A DNA stretch of 56,855 bases. Origin: Octopus sinensis (lineage: Eukaryota). The notes under the pieces were generated by a model that saw nothing but the letters and a program-made list of their open reading frames with translations, made no database searches and was not told the DNA's origin. Each line of letters opens with the position of its first letter. Position 1 is the stretch's first letter. Below are positions 23,755-37,931 of the stretch, piece by piece. The translations under genes were made by a program, and so were the position numbers. The DNA lies in assembly GCF_006345805.1 (NCBI RefSeq), contig NW_021833934.1:1-56855 (forward strand), in the 5' to 3' direction.

Positions 23755-26700
23755 CTATACACACACACACACACACACTCATGCATGTTCATACACACAC
23801 CTACACACACATACACACATAAATGCATACATAGACACACAGACACACACACCCATGCATGTTCATACACACACCTACACACACATAAATGCATACATAG
23901 ACACACAGACACACACACCAATGCATGTTCATACACACACCTACACACACATAAATGCATACATAGACACACAGACACACACACACTCATGCATGTTCAT
24001 ACACACACCTACACACACCTACAACCACACCCATGCATGTTCATACACACACCTACACACAAAATGATACATAGACACACAGACCACACACACTCATGCA
24101 TGTTCATACACACACCTACACACACATACACACATAAATGCATACATAGACACACAGACACCACAACTCATGCATGTTCATACACACACCTACACACACA
24201 TACACACATAAATGCATACATAGACACACAGACACACACACACTCATGCATGTTCATACACACACCTACACACACATACACACACATAAATGCCACATAG
24301 ACACACAGACACACACACACTAATGCATGTTCATACACACACCTACACACACATACACACATAAATGCATACATAGACACACAGACACACACACACTCAT
24401 GCATGTTCATACACACACACCTACACACACATACACACATAAATGCATACCACAGACACACAGACACACACGCACTCAGCATGTTCATACACACAACTAC
24501 ACACACATACACACATAAATGCATACATAGACACACAGATACACACACTCATGCATGTTCATACACACACCTACACACACATACACACATAAATGCATAC
24601 ATAGACACACACACACACCACACTAATGCATGTTCTACACCACACTACACACACAACACACATAAATGCATACATAGACACACAGACACACACACACTCA
24701 TGCATGTTCATACACCACACCTACACACAAATACAACATAAATGCATACATAGACACACAGACACACACCACACAACTCATGCATGTTCATACACACACC
24801 TACACACACATACACACATAAATGCATACATAGACACAGACACACACACACACTCATGCATGTTCATACACACACCTACACACACATACACACATAAATG
24901 CATACATAGACACACAGACACACACACACTCATGCATGTTCATACACACACCTACACACACATACACACATAAATGCATACATAGACACACAGACACACA
25001 CACACTAATGCATGTTCATACACACACCTACACACACATACACACATAAATGCATACATAGACACACACACACACACACTCATGCATGTTCATACACACA
25101 CCTACACACACATACACACATAAATGCATACATAGACACACAGACACACACACACTCATGCATGTTCATACACACACCTACACACACATACACACATAAA
25201 TGCATACATAGACACACAGACACACACACCCATGCATTGTTCATACACACACTACACACACATAAATGCATACATAGACACACAGACACACAACTCATTC
25301 ATGCAAAATACACACACCTACAACACATACACACATAAATGCATACATAGACACACAGACACACACACAACATGCATGTTCATACACACACCTACACACA
25401 ATACACAATAAATGCATACATAGACACACAGACACACACACACTAATGCATGTTCATACACACACCTACACACACATACACACATAAATGCATACATAGA
25501 CACACAGACCACCACACACCCATGCATGTTCATACACAACCTACACACACATAAATGCATACATAGACACACAGACACACACACTCATGCATGTTCATAC
25601 ACACACCTACAACACACATAAACACATAAATGCATACATAGACACACAGACCACACACACACTCATGCATGTTCATACACACACCTACACACACATACAC
25701 ACATAAATGCATACATAGACACACAGACACACACACACTCATGCATGTTCATACACACACCTACACACACATACACACATAAATGCATACATAGACACAC
25801 AGACACACACACACTCATGCATGTTCATACACACACCTACACACACATACACACATAAATGCATACATAGACACACAGACACACACACACTAATGCATGT
25901 TCATACACACACCTACACACACATACACACATAAATGCATAGCATAGACACATTACAGACACATCACACACTCATTGCATGTTCATACACACACATACAC
26001 ACACATACACACATAAATGCATACACAGAGACACACCAGACACACACACACTCATGCATGGTCATACACACACCTACACACACATACACACATCATGCAT
26101 TACATAGACACACAGACACACACACTCATGCATGTTCATACACACACCTAACACACCATACACACATTAAATGCATACATAGACACACACCACACACACA
26201 CACTAATGCATGTTCATACACACACCTACACACACATACACACATAAATGCATACATAGACACACAGACACACACACTCATGCATGTTCATACACACACC
26301 TACACACACCACATACACACATAAATGCATACATAGACACACAGACACAACACACTAATGCATGTTCATACACACACCTACACACACATAACACATAAAT
26401 GCATACATAGACACACAGACACACACACACTCATGCATGTTCATACACAACCCTACACACACATACAACATAAATGCATACATAGACACCACACACCACA
26501 CACACTCATGCATGTTCATACCACACACTACACACACATACACACATAAATGCATACATAGACACACACCACCACCCACTCATGCATGTTCTACACACAC
26601 CTACACACACATACACACATAAATGCATACATAGACACACAGACACACACACTCATGCATGTTCATACACACACCTACACACACATAACACACATAAATG

Positions 26701-29345
26701 CATACATAGACACACACCACACACACACTATGCATGTTTACACACACCTACACACACATACCACATAAATGCATACATAGACACAAGACACAGACACTCA
26801 TGATGTTCTACACACACCTACACACACATACACACATAAATGCATACATAGACACACACACACACACACTCATGCATGTTCATACACACACCTACACACA
26901 CATACACACATAAATGCATACATAGACACACAGACACACACACTCATGCATGTTCATACACACACCTACACACACATACACACATAAATGCATACATAGA
27001 CACACAGACACACACACCCATGCATGTTCATACACACACCTACACACACATACACACATAAATGCATACATAGACACACAGACACACACACTCATGCATG
27101 TTCATACACACACCTACACACACATACACACATAAATGCATACATAGACACACAGACACACACACCCATGCATTTCATACACAACACCTACACCCACATA
27201 CACACATAAATGCATACATAGACACACACACACACACACTCATGCATGTTCATACACACACCTACACACACATACACACATAAATGCATACATAGACACA
27301 CAGACACACACACTCATGCATGTTCATACACACACCTACACACACATACACACATAAATGCATACATAGACACACACACACACACATACATACTCATACA
27401 CACACCTACACACACATACACTCATGAAAGCGTACATACACACACATGCACACAGACACACATACACACAGACACACACACACTCATACATACTCATATA
27501 CACACACCTACACACATACACACAGACACACACACTCATGCATGTTCATACACACACCTACCCACACCATACACACATAAATGCATACATAGAACACAGA
27601 CACACACACCCATGCATGTTATACACACACCTACACACACATACACACATAAATGCATACATAGACACACACACACACTCATGCATGTTCATACACACAC
27701 CTACACACACATACACACATAAATGCATACATAGACACACAGACACACACACTCATGCATGTCATACACACACCTACACACTCATACACACATAAATGCA
27801 TACATAGACACACAGACACACACACACACACATACATACTCATACACACACCTACACACACATACACTCATGAAAGCGTACATACACACACATGCACACA
27901 GACACACATACACACAGACACACACACACACTCATACATACTCATATACACACACCTACACACATACACACACACACTCATACATACATACACACACAGG
28001 CACACATACGCACACACACTCATACATACTCATACACACACCTACACACATAAATGCATACATACACACACATGCACACAAACACACACACCTACACATA
28101 CATACACACATGATTGCATACATACACACACATACACACACACACACTCATACAGACTCATACACACACATACACACATAAATGCATACATACACACACA
28201 TACACACAGACACATACACGCACACACACTCATGCATACTCATACACACACCTACACACACATACACACATGACTGCGTACATACACACACATGCAGACA
28301 AACACACATATACACACAGACACACACACACACACACAAACGCATACATACACACACATGCACACAAACACACACACTCATACATACTCATACACACACC
28401 TACACACAACCACACACACATATACACATAAATGCATACATACACACACATGCACAGAATCACACAAAGACACACACACACTCATACATACTCATACACA
28501 TACCTACACACACATACACACATAAATGCATACATACACACACATGCACAGAATCACACAAAGACACACACACACTCATACATACTCATACACACACACC
28601 TAAACACACATACACACATAATTGCATACATACACACACATGCACACAAACACACATATACACACAGACACACACACACACTCATACATACTCATACACA
28701 CACCTACACACAACCACACACACATACACACATAAATGCATACATACACACACATGCAGACGAACACACATATACACACAGACACACACACACACCTACA
28801 CACACACATACACACATAAATGCATACATAGACACACAGACACACACACACACCTACACACATAATTGCATACATACACACACATGCACACAAACACACA
28901 CACACTCATACATACTCATACACACACCTATGCATACATACACATGCACAGAATCACACACAGACACACACACACCACCTACACACACATAATTGCATAC
29001 ATACACACACATGCACACAAACACACACACACTCATACATACTCATACACACACCTATGCATACATACACATGCACAGAATCACACACAGACACACACAC
29101 ACCACCTACACACACATAATTGCATACATACACACACATGCACACAAACACACATATACACACAGACACACACATACACACACCTACACACACATACATA
29201 CACACATGAACGCATACATACACACACATGCACACAAACACACATATACACACAGACACACACATACACACACCTACACACACATACATACACACATGAA
29301 CGCATACATACACACAGACACACACAAACACACACATACACAGAG
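23755..29345 (+). repeat. CA-rich ~74-bp minisatellite, 5.6 kb
   Basis: Unit catgcatgttcatacacacacctacacacacatacacacataaatgcatacatagacacacagacacacacact; period 74 at 26876/26950/27024/27098. Confidence 0.95.
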
Positions 29346-29776
29346 AACACGCACTGCCTTACACGCTAACATATGTGATGATGCCTTGTTTGCCTGTTTA
29401 CGAAGCGGTTCTTGGTCAGACTTCGAAGTTACTGACAGTCTGAATTCGTTTGCTTAATGAATGTGCTTCTAAGTTCTACTTAGCGGTATTCAGCAAAATA
29501 CCGTTTTTTTAATTCGCTTTTCAAAGTATTCGACATGAAGCATCACAATGGAATATCATTTATACATACATAAAATGGCGGTGCCCCAGCATGGCCACAG
29601 CTCATAAGCTGAAACTAGAATCAATCAATCAATCATACACATTTGTATATGTGTGTGTGTATGTGTGTGTGTGTGTCCATATGTGTGCATGTGTGTGTGC
29701 AGGTGTCTGTGTCTGTATATGTGTGTGTATCAAATTGCATTGTGATATTTAAAGTTTTATACACACACACGCACAC

Positions 29777-29816
<40 letters not shown>

Positions 29817-30095
29817 CACACACACGCACACACACATATATATAAACACACACACATAATACATACACACATCATACATAAATACATATATATATATATG
29901 TATATAAATTATATTAGAGATAAAACCACAAATCAAACAGTGAAAAACATCAACCAAAACATAATTAACACACACAACACACACCTATATACATATAATA
30001 TATATATATATACATACATAATATATATATATATATATAATATACATACATATGATAGGTAAATATATATATATGTGTATACATATGATAGATGA

Positions 30096-30135
<40 letters not shown>

Positions 30136-30162
30136 ATACATATGATAGATAAATATATATAG

Positions 30163-30195
<33 letters not shown>

Positions 30196-30219
30196 CATGT
30201 ATATATATATATATGTATA

Positions 30220-30435
30220 AAGGACTACAGACAGCCAGTCAACCACAGTTGAAACACTCCTGTCACAAACTGGGACCTTGAAGGCTGCTATAATGCCAGA
30301 AAGTATACTAGTCCCTTAATATTTTATATTCCACATTAATATTATAAAGGATATAAATAAAACATAAAAAAACGGACAGAGTTGGAATTTCTTTGAATAA
30401 TATATATCCCTCTATACACAATCTTACAAACCCCC
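30220..30435 (+). mobile_element. PLE pseudo-LTR fragment with a hammerhead-like motif (30272-30315)
   Basis: gggac cttgaagg ctgc-tataat-gcca gaaa g-tata-cta gtccc; palindromic AGTATACT; homologous to 31740-32120. Confidence 0.55.
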
Positions 30436-31289
30436 TTTTATTTATATATATATATATATATACATCCTTTCTTTGTCTTCTTTGCAAGATTTATGAGAAT
30501 TCGTGTTGAAAAGAATTTTTTTTGTGTCTGGGGAGAGACATACTGCATTAAGGCTATATGACTCTCCGCAGACACAACAAAATATATACACACACACAAA
30601 TATATATATATATCAGCAAAACTTTCAAACAATGATATTTGAAATCAGATGTCACTACTGATCATATCATCTGTGGATATATTTTAAAACTGGTGATATC
30701 ACCAGCAATACACACACACACACATATATATATATATAAACACACACACATACATACACACACACATACATACACACATGCATCATACATACATACATCA
30801 TACATACATATATGTATATAAATTATATTAGAGATAAAACCACAAATCAAACAGTGAAAAACATCAACCAAAACATAAAAATAAACATGATTAATATAAT
30901 ATACACATATATAAATTTTATATAAATTTATATATATTTATACTGTGAAATTTGATTTAATCCTAAATGTAATTTTTCCCTGTAAGTTTGGATTTACTCT
31001 ATAATATTATTATTATATATATGTATATATATATATGTGTGTGCATATATATATATGTGTGTGTGTGTAATATAATATATATAATAATAATTAAGATAAA
31101 ACTTTACTTAGAAGTGGATGCATGAGTTTATGTATCTATGCATATTTTTTTTTTTTATTTTGTTATATTTATATATACATATATATATATATATATAGTA
31201 TTAATATATATATATATAATTCAACACAAAAATAACTCCCAATAGGCATTTTGTTTTAAAACTAATAATTATCAAAACTATAAATACTG

Positions 31290-31691
31290 CTAGCTGAACA
31301 CCAGATACATTCCTACCATACTCCGAGCGCCTTGTTTCCCTGGGCATGGATTCACTGAAGTTCCGGCATCTGGCGATGGACTTGGTAAACACCCACAAAG
31401 TTATCAGCCACCTCACCAACAACAACACTGAACACCTTTTTGATCTCCATGTGTCCAACACACGTGGCCATGCCTACAAAGTCAGAAAACAGCACAGCTC
31501 CCATGACTTTCGGAAACATTTTTTCACGCTCAGAGTTGCTGAAGCATGGAACAAACTGCCTGCGTCAGTTGTTGACTGCCATGACACTGCATCTTTTAAG
31601 GCCTTCATGCTTTCCGAAATCTGCCGAAACTACGCCTGATTATACATACACTTTAGATGAGTTGTAGTGCACCTGAGCACTGTACACAATG

Positions 31692-31740
<49 letters not shown>
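31290..31740 (+). mobile_element. CR1-clade LINE 3' end with (TTA)n tail
   Basis: YSERLVSLGMDSL...NTRGHAYKVRKQHSSHDFRKHFFTLRVAEAWNKLPASVV...FK: classic CR1 RT C-terminal motifs. Confidence 0.85.
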
Positions 31741-31743
<3 letters not shown>

Positions 31744-32119
31744 TCTTCAAAGAAATTCCAACTCGGTTTTTTGTTTTATTTATATTCTTTATAATATTAA
31801 TGTAGAATATATAGTATAAATAATATATATATATTAAAATGAAATGAAGTATTGATTGTCTTATTGAATAGATGAAATGTTGAATATAAAATACTAAGGG
31901 ACTAGTAAACTTTCTTGCATTAAAGCAGTCTTCAAGGTCCCAGGTTGGGACAGGAGTGTTTCAACTGTATAGTGTATTTTACTATATATATATTATTTAT
32001 ACTATATATTCTATATTCCACATTAATATTATAAAGAATATAATAAAAAACATAAAAAACCGACAGAGTTGGAATTTCTTTGAATAATATATATCCCTCT
32101 ATACACAATCAGACAAACC

Positions 32120-32120
<1 letters not shown>
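31740..32120. mobile_element. PLE pseudo-LTR in inverted arrangement; hammerhead-like motif on minus strand 31898-31941
   Basis: 31740-31985 is the reverse of the 30.2-kb family, 31990-32120 is forward. Confidence 0.6.
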
Positions 32121-32170
<50 letters not shown>

Positions 32171-32180
32171 ATATAAAATA

Positions 32181-32510
32181 TATGTGACAATTATTCAATA
32201 GCCAAGATAAAACTCTGAGTTTCAGATGCTGAGGTGGAAATCCACAACACCATCTCTTCGGTTAGCTGGCTATCTGAAAAACGCAATGAAAAAAGACCGT
32301 TATACAAAGGAAAATTACTGTATTATAATTCTGCTACTTATATAAAAGCGCTAATCCAATGACCGCTAATTAAAATAAGGTTTTATCTTGGCTATTGAAT
32401 AATTATCACATATTATTTTACAGATAAATTTCCTCTATTTACATAATATTGAGGTCTCTTTCTTTCTTTTGTTATCTTACTGTTTTTACCAATATATATA
32501 TAATCTCACT
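32181..32510. mobile_element. PLE-like end with 33-bp inverted termini (32181-32213 / 32380-32412)
   Basis: tatgtgacaattattcaatagccaagataaaac vs gttttatcttggctattgaataattatcacata. Confidence 0.55.
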
Positions 32511-32529
32511 CAGAGATTTATTATTGCTT

Positions 32530-33170
32530 ATATACTCTTTTACTTGTTTCAGTCATTTGACTGCGGCCATGCTGGAGCACCGCCTTTAGTCGAGCAAATC
32601 GACCCCGGGACTTATTCTTTGTAAGCCCAGTACTTATTCTATCGGTCTCTGTTGCCGAACCGCTAAGTGACGGGGACATAAACACACCAGCATCAGTTGT
32701 CAAGCAATGCCAGGGGGACAAATACAGACACACACACATATACACACATACATACATATATATACACATATACGACGACGGGCTTCTTCAGTTTCCGTCT
32801 ACCAAATCCACTCACAAGGCGTTGTCGGGTCGGCCCGAGGCTATAGAAAGAACACTTGCCCAAGGTGCCACGCAGTGGGACTGAACCCGGAACCATGTGG
32901 TTGGTAAGGAAGCTACTTACCACACAGCCACTCCTGCATATATATATATATTATATATATTATAATATATATATATATATATATATTATATATACACACA
33001 CATATACGACGGGCTTCTTTCAGTTTCCGTCTACCAAATCCACTCACAAGGCTTGGTCGGCCCGAGGCTATAGCAGAAACACTTGCCCAAGGTGCCACAC
33101 GTGGGACTTGAACCCGGAACCATGTGGTTGGTAAGGAAGCTACTTACCACACCGCACTCCTGCGCCTATA
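32530..33170 (-). mobile_element. SINE family A with duplicated head
   Basis: Tail, spacer and two head/core units. Confidence 0.85.
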
Positions 33171-33601
33171 TATATATATATATATTAAGCAATTGGGAAA
33201 ACAAATTTATTTATTTATTTATCAATATTTCGCAGAGGCAACAGGAGTGAATCAAGCTCGGAGAATTTTGTTCATTGGTGCTTATGAGACTGGTTATAGG
33301 GCCCAAGAGCAGTAGGTTCATATATCTGGTTAAAATTACATTTCCTTGGAATGCTCTTCAACGAACGCTAAAAATAATTATAATGACGTGTGGACAACAC
33401 GTATTTTTCAGATGGTTTGCCCCTTGTGTCATTTAATAAGCAAATACATTAACAAATAAATAAAAGAAAATTTTTACACTCCTTCACACACACACACACA
33501 CACACATATTTGCACACATATATATATACATATATATATATACTGTGATATACTCATATTTTTTGTTCTATTTCTTCTTCTTTGCATCAGCATACCTGTG
33601 A

Positions 33602-33630
<29 letters not shown>

Positions 33631-33636
<6 letters not shown>

Positions 33637-34590
33637 TTATCGCCATACTAATATGGCATTCTTATAAAAATAAGAATAAAGCTGACCGCTTATTAGCTCC
33701 ATGAGGCCATCGCCTTAAGTTAGCTATTTGATACACAAACTGTATCCATATAACCTTTGAACAAGGGAGTTCAGTCGCTCCACACTACTTGGCCGCAGCT
33801 ACAGATGCGTTTCGGGGTATGCCCCTTTTCAATGCCATAGATAGCCAAACCAGTATGTCGCTTCTGACATCTCTGTTCAAAGGTTTTATTTACCTAGCTT
33901 CGGTGGAATACATCCACTTGTTTTCAATAATAGAAATATTAAAATTACTAAGTCTCTCTAAAAGAGAACAACGGCAGCGTTCCCGGAAAATATTAGTTAT
34001 CGCCATACTAATATGGCATTCTTATAAAAATAAGAATAAAGCTGACCGCTTATTAACTCCATGAGGCCATCGCCTTAAGTTAGCTATTTGATACACAAAC
34101 TGTATCCATATAACCTTTGAACAAGGGAGGTCAGTCGCTCCACACTACTTGGCCGGCAGCTACAGACGCGTTTCGGGGTATTGCCCCTTTTCAATGCAGC
34201 GTAGACTTAGTAATTTTAATATTTCTATTATTGAAAACAAGTGGATGTATTCCACCGAAGCTAGGTAAATAAAACCTTTGAACAGAGATTGTCAGAAGCG
34301 ACACCTACTGGTTTGGCTACGCTGCATTGAAAGGGGGCAATACCCCAAACGCGTCTCTAGCTGCCGGCCAAGTAGTGTGGAGCGACTGACCTCCCTTGTT
34401 CAAAGGTATATGGATACAGTTGTGTATCAAATAGCTAACTTAAGGCGATGGCCTCATGGAGCTAATAAGCGGTCAGCTTTATTCTTATTTTTATAAGAAT
34501 GCCATATTAGTATGGCGATAACTAATACTTTCCGGGAACGCTGCCGTTGTTCTCTTTTAGAGAGACTTAGTAATTTTAATATTTCTATTA
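33631..34590. mobile_element. PLE pseudo-LTR / retrozyme-like locus: 360-bp tandem unit then inversion at ~34203
   Basis: tattagttatcgccatac at 33631 and 33991; 34204-34590 is the reverse complement of the unit. Confidence 0.85.
34159..34200 (-). ncRNA. Minimal type I hammerhead ribozyme with U3-A8 core variant
   Basis: Reverse reads GCTGCA TTGAAAA GGGG-caata-CCCC GAAA C-gc-GTC TGTAGC; palindromic ACGCGT, GUC triplet; degenerate copies at 33798-33838 (-) and 34321-34361 (+). Confidence 0.75.
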
Positions 34591-34610
34591 TATATATATA
34601 TATATATATA

Positions 34611-34992
34611 GTGGAGGCGCAATGCCCAGTGGTTAGGGCAGCGGACTCGCGGTCATAGGATCGCGGTTTCGATTCCTAGACCGGTGCGTTGTGAGTGTTT
34701 GTTGAGCGAAAACACCTAAAGCTCCACGAGGCTCCGCAGGGGATTGGTGATCCCTGCTGTACTCTTTCACCACAACTTTCTCTCACTCTTACTTCCTGTT
34801 TCTGTTGTACCTGTACTTCAAAGGGCCGGCCTTGTCACTCTCTGTGTCACGCTGAATATCCCCGAGAACTACGTTAAAGGTACACGTGTCTGTGGAGTGC
34901 TGAGCCACTTACACGTTAATTCCACGAGCAAGCTGTTCCGTTGATTCGGATCAACCGGAACCCTCATCGTCGTAACCGACGGAGTGCTTCCA
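34611..34992 (+). mobile_element. SINE family B, tail type 2
   Basis: Same head as the 15.1-kb copy; ends cgtaaccgacggagtgcttcca. Confidence 0.85.
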
Positions 34993-35006
34993 CATATATA
35001 TATATA

Positions 35007-35522
35007 TACTAGCAGTATCGCCCGGCGTTGCTCGGGTTTGTAAGGGAAATAACTATATAAACATTTTTAGAGAGTTACTTCCCTTATAGATGCCAATTCG
35101 GGCTTTCTTAGCCATTTCTGTTTTGGTGTCTTCAAGCCATGAAGTCGTTGTTCTAAAAGAATGCTGGTCTCCTTGACAACGCTTTACGACGTTGATTTCC
35201 TTACACTCCCTTCCCCACAGCTTCACAAGAGAGGGAAGAAGGGGGAGAAGCAAACAGGTGCAGGTGTGACCATGGACGCCAACTCCGCCGCCATCGTCAC
35301 ACGAAAAATTATGCATTAAAATGGAATAAAAAATGATGTTAAATTATTTTTAAAATCGTAGACTCATCGTAGACGCGCGCTAATACTCAGACGGGCTCGA
35401 TATGAATCACGACTATAAGATGCCCGAATTTGGTTAAACTGCACCGCAAAATGTGGGAGTAGTTAGGAATCTAAATCGAAGGGGACAGACACTCACACAA
35501 CTACAGTTTTATATATATAGAT
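35007..35522 (+). mobile_element. HINE/Helentron-like element, second copy
   Basis: tactagcagtatcgcccggcgttgctcggg ... acagacactcacacaactacagttttatatatatagat. Confidence 0.6.
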
Positions 35523-35535
35523 ATATATATATATA

Positions 35536-35750
35536 TACTAATATTGAGGGATCAGCAAAAGAAATGCATCACCACGTACCGAAGTACAGAAATAGCAGCC
35601 AAAATCTAAGCTATTTCTTCTACTTAAAAAAGGTCTACAAGAGAAACCATAATACTTGAATCTTAGAAGAAATAGCTTAGATTTTGGCTGCTATTTCTGT
35701 ACTTCGGTATGTGGTGATGCATTTCTTTTGCTGATCCCTCAATATTAGTA
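35536..35750. repeat. Foldback with ~85-bp near-perfect inverted arms
   Basis: tactaatattgagggatcagc...gctatttcttcta mirrored at the right end. Confidence 0.8.
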
Positions 35751-35879
35751 TTACTAGAATTTACTGTATAACGGTCCTGTTTTCATACCGAATTCTACTT
35801 GGTGAAATTTATGATTACTTCGTAATTGATTAGTTTTACCCTTAATTATTGTATATCATCATTTAGCGTCCGTTTTTCC

Positions 35880-35922
<43 letters not shown>

Positions 35923-36103
35923 TCTATATATAATATTATATAAAATCCATTCTGTCTGTCTGTGTGTGTGTCTTCTAGGATCTCGGGCATCCTCCATTCG
36001 ATTGTGCACAAATTTGATATATAGATACTGACAGTACCAGGGCATGTATAAGTCTTTAAAAAATTACAAAAATCCATTCCAGGTGAGAATAAATACAGAC
36101 TGA

Positions 36104-36299
36104 TATAAATCACTTATATGAGCTAAAGGTATGTTTCTGCCAGTGCTTACATTTGTAAGGAAATTTTGTAACATTTGCAACTCTGAACTCTTCCATATTC
36201 TCTTCTCTAAGAATCACCTGGTTAATACACTTATAGAGAAATCTTACAAATGTAAGCTCTGGCAGAAACAAAACTTTTACCTCATATAAGTGATTTATA
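36104..36299. repeat. Inverted repeat with ~55-bp arms
   Basis: tataaatcacttatatgag...cttacatttgtaag vs cttacaaatgtaag...ctcatataagtgatttata. Confidence 0.7.
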
Positions 36300-36721
36300 A
36301 CAATCTATATAGTTTGAACATTTAGTTCACCTTGCACTTTACTTCAATAGAGAAATCTACTTCCAAGCCTTTGACCATTTTTCAACCAACGTATCCCACT
36401 TTATTTGTTCTCTACTTATTATTTCTTTAACCCTTCTCTTCCTAGTATCTGCCTTTGACATCAGATCTACTAACTGTTATTTTAAAATACTTAATAGCAT
36501 TCTGTTTATCATTTATGCAGTCATCAAAATTGTTATAATGTCTTGTTGTTGAAATAGGTTCTCTTTCTTTCCTGATGAGAAGATACATTATTTTACACCA
36601 TTTAGTCCTTTGGAATAAAACCAATGTTGTCTTCGAAACATATGTCGAAAGTAAAAGAATTTGAATAACATCTGTGTTCAATTCCATTTATTTACTTATA
36701 TATATATATATATATATATAT

Positions 36722-37085
36722 ATCATCATCATCATTATCATCGTTTAGCGTCCGCTTTCCATGCTAGCATGGGTTGGACAGTTCAACTGGGGTCTGGGAA
36801 GATAGAAGGCTGCACCAGGCTCCAGTCTGATCTGGCAATGTTTCTACAGCTGAATGCCCTTCCTAATGCCAACCACTCCGTGAGTGTAGTGGGTGCTTTT
36901 TACGTGCCACCGGCACAGGTGCCAGACGAGTCTGGCAAACGGCCATGGACGGATGGTGCTTTTTATGTGCCACCGGCACAGGTGCCAGACGAATCTGGCA
37001 AACGGCCACGATCAGATGGTGCTTTTTACATGCCACCGGCACGGGTTATATATATATATACCAGTGCTTTTTACGTGGCACCATC
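36722..37085 (-). mobile_element. Retroposon family D
   Basis: (cat)n tail and internal ~60-bp repeats. Confidence 0.8.
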
Positions 37086-37311
37086 ACCATAAAAGAGTAA
37101 AAGATCAAAAGATTAAAAGATCAGTTCCTTATGGCTGTTTCTGCCAGGAGGCCACGACATCGTCCGTGCTACCTCCATCTCTTCAGTATTCTGTAGGGAT
37201 GGGTAGATAGAGTTTGGATGTTGAGTGTGCCTCTAGGCTTCTCCAGAGGCACTATCCCTTAGTTGGTTGACTTCCCAACTTCTAACTCTCATGGGAATAT
37301 ATATATATATA

Positions 37312-37895
37312 GGCACAGGAGTGGCTGTGTGGTAAGTAGCTTGTTTACCAACAACATGGTTCCGGGTTCAGTCCCACTGCGTGGCATCTTGGGCAAGTGT
37401 CTTCTGCTATAGCTCTGGGCCGACCAATGCCTTGTGAGTGGATTTGGTAGATGGAAACTGAAAGAAGTCCATCGTATATATAGGCGTAGGAGTGGCTGTG
37501 TTGTAAGTAGCTTGCTAACCAACCACATGGTTCCGGGTTCAGTCCCACTGCGTGGCATCTTGGGCAAGTGTCTTCTGCTATAGCCCCGGGCCGACCAAAG
37601 CCTTGTGAGTGGATTTGGTAGACGGAAACTGAAAGAAGCCCGTCGTATATATATGTATATATATATGTATGTGTGTGTATATGTTTGTGTGTCTGTGTTT
37701 GTCCCCCTAGCATTGCTTGACAACCGATGCTTGTGTGTTTATGTCCCCGTCACTTAGTGGTTCGGCAAAAGAGACTGATAGAATAAGTACTAGGCTTACA
37801 AAGAATAAGTTCCGGGGTCGAGTTGCTCGATTAAAAGCGGTGCTCCAGCATGGCCACAGTCAAATGACTGAAACAAGTAAAAGAGTAAAAGAGTA
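37312..37895 (+). mobile_element. SINE family A with duplicated head
   Basis: Two caggag/taggag heads, one tail. Confidence 0.85.
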
Positions 37896-37931
37896 TATGT
37901 GTATATATATATATACACACACATACATACA

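Noticed and set aside
23729-29457. Long His/Thr-rich and Val/Cys-rich ORFs
   Set aside because: Translations of the CA-rich minisatellite; open in several frames with no domain signal
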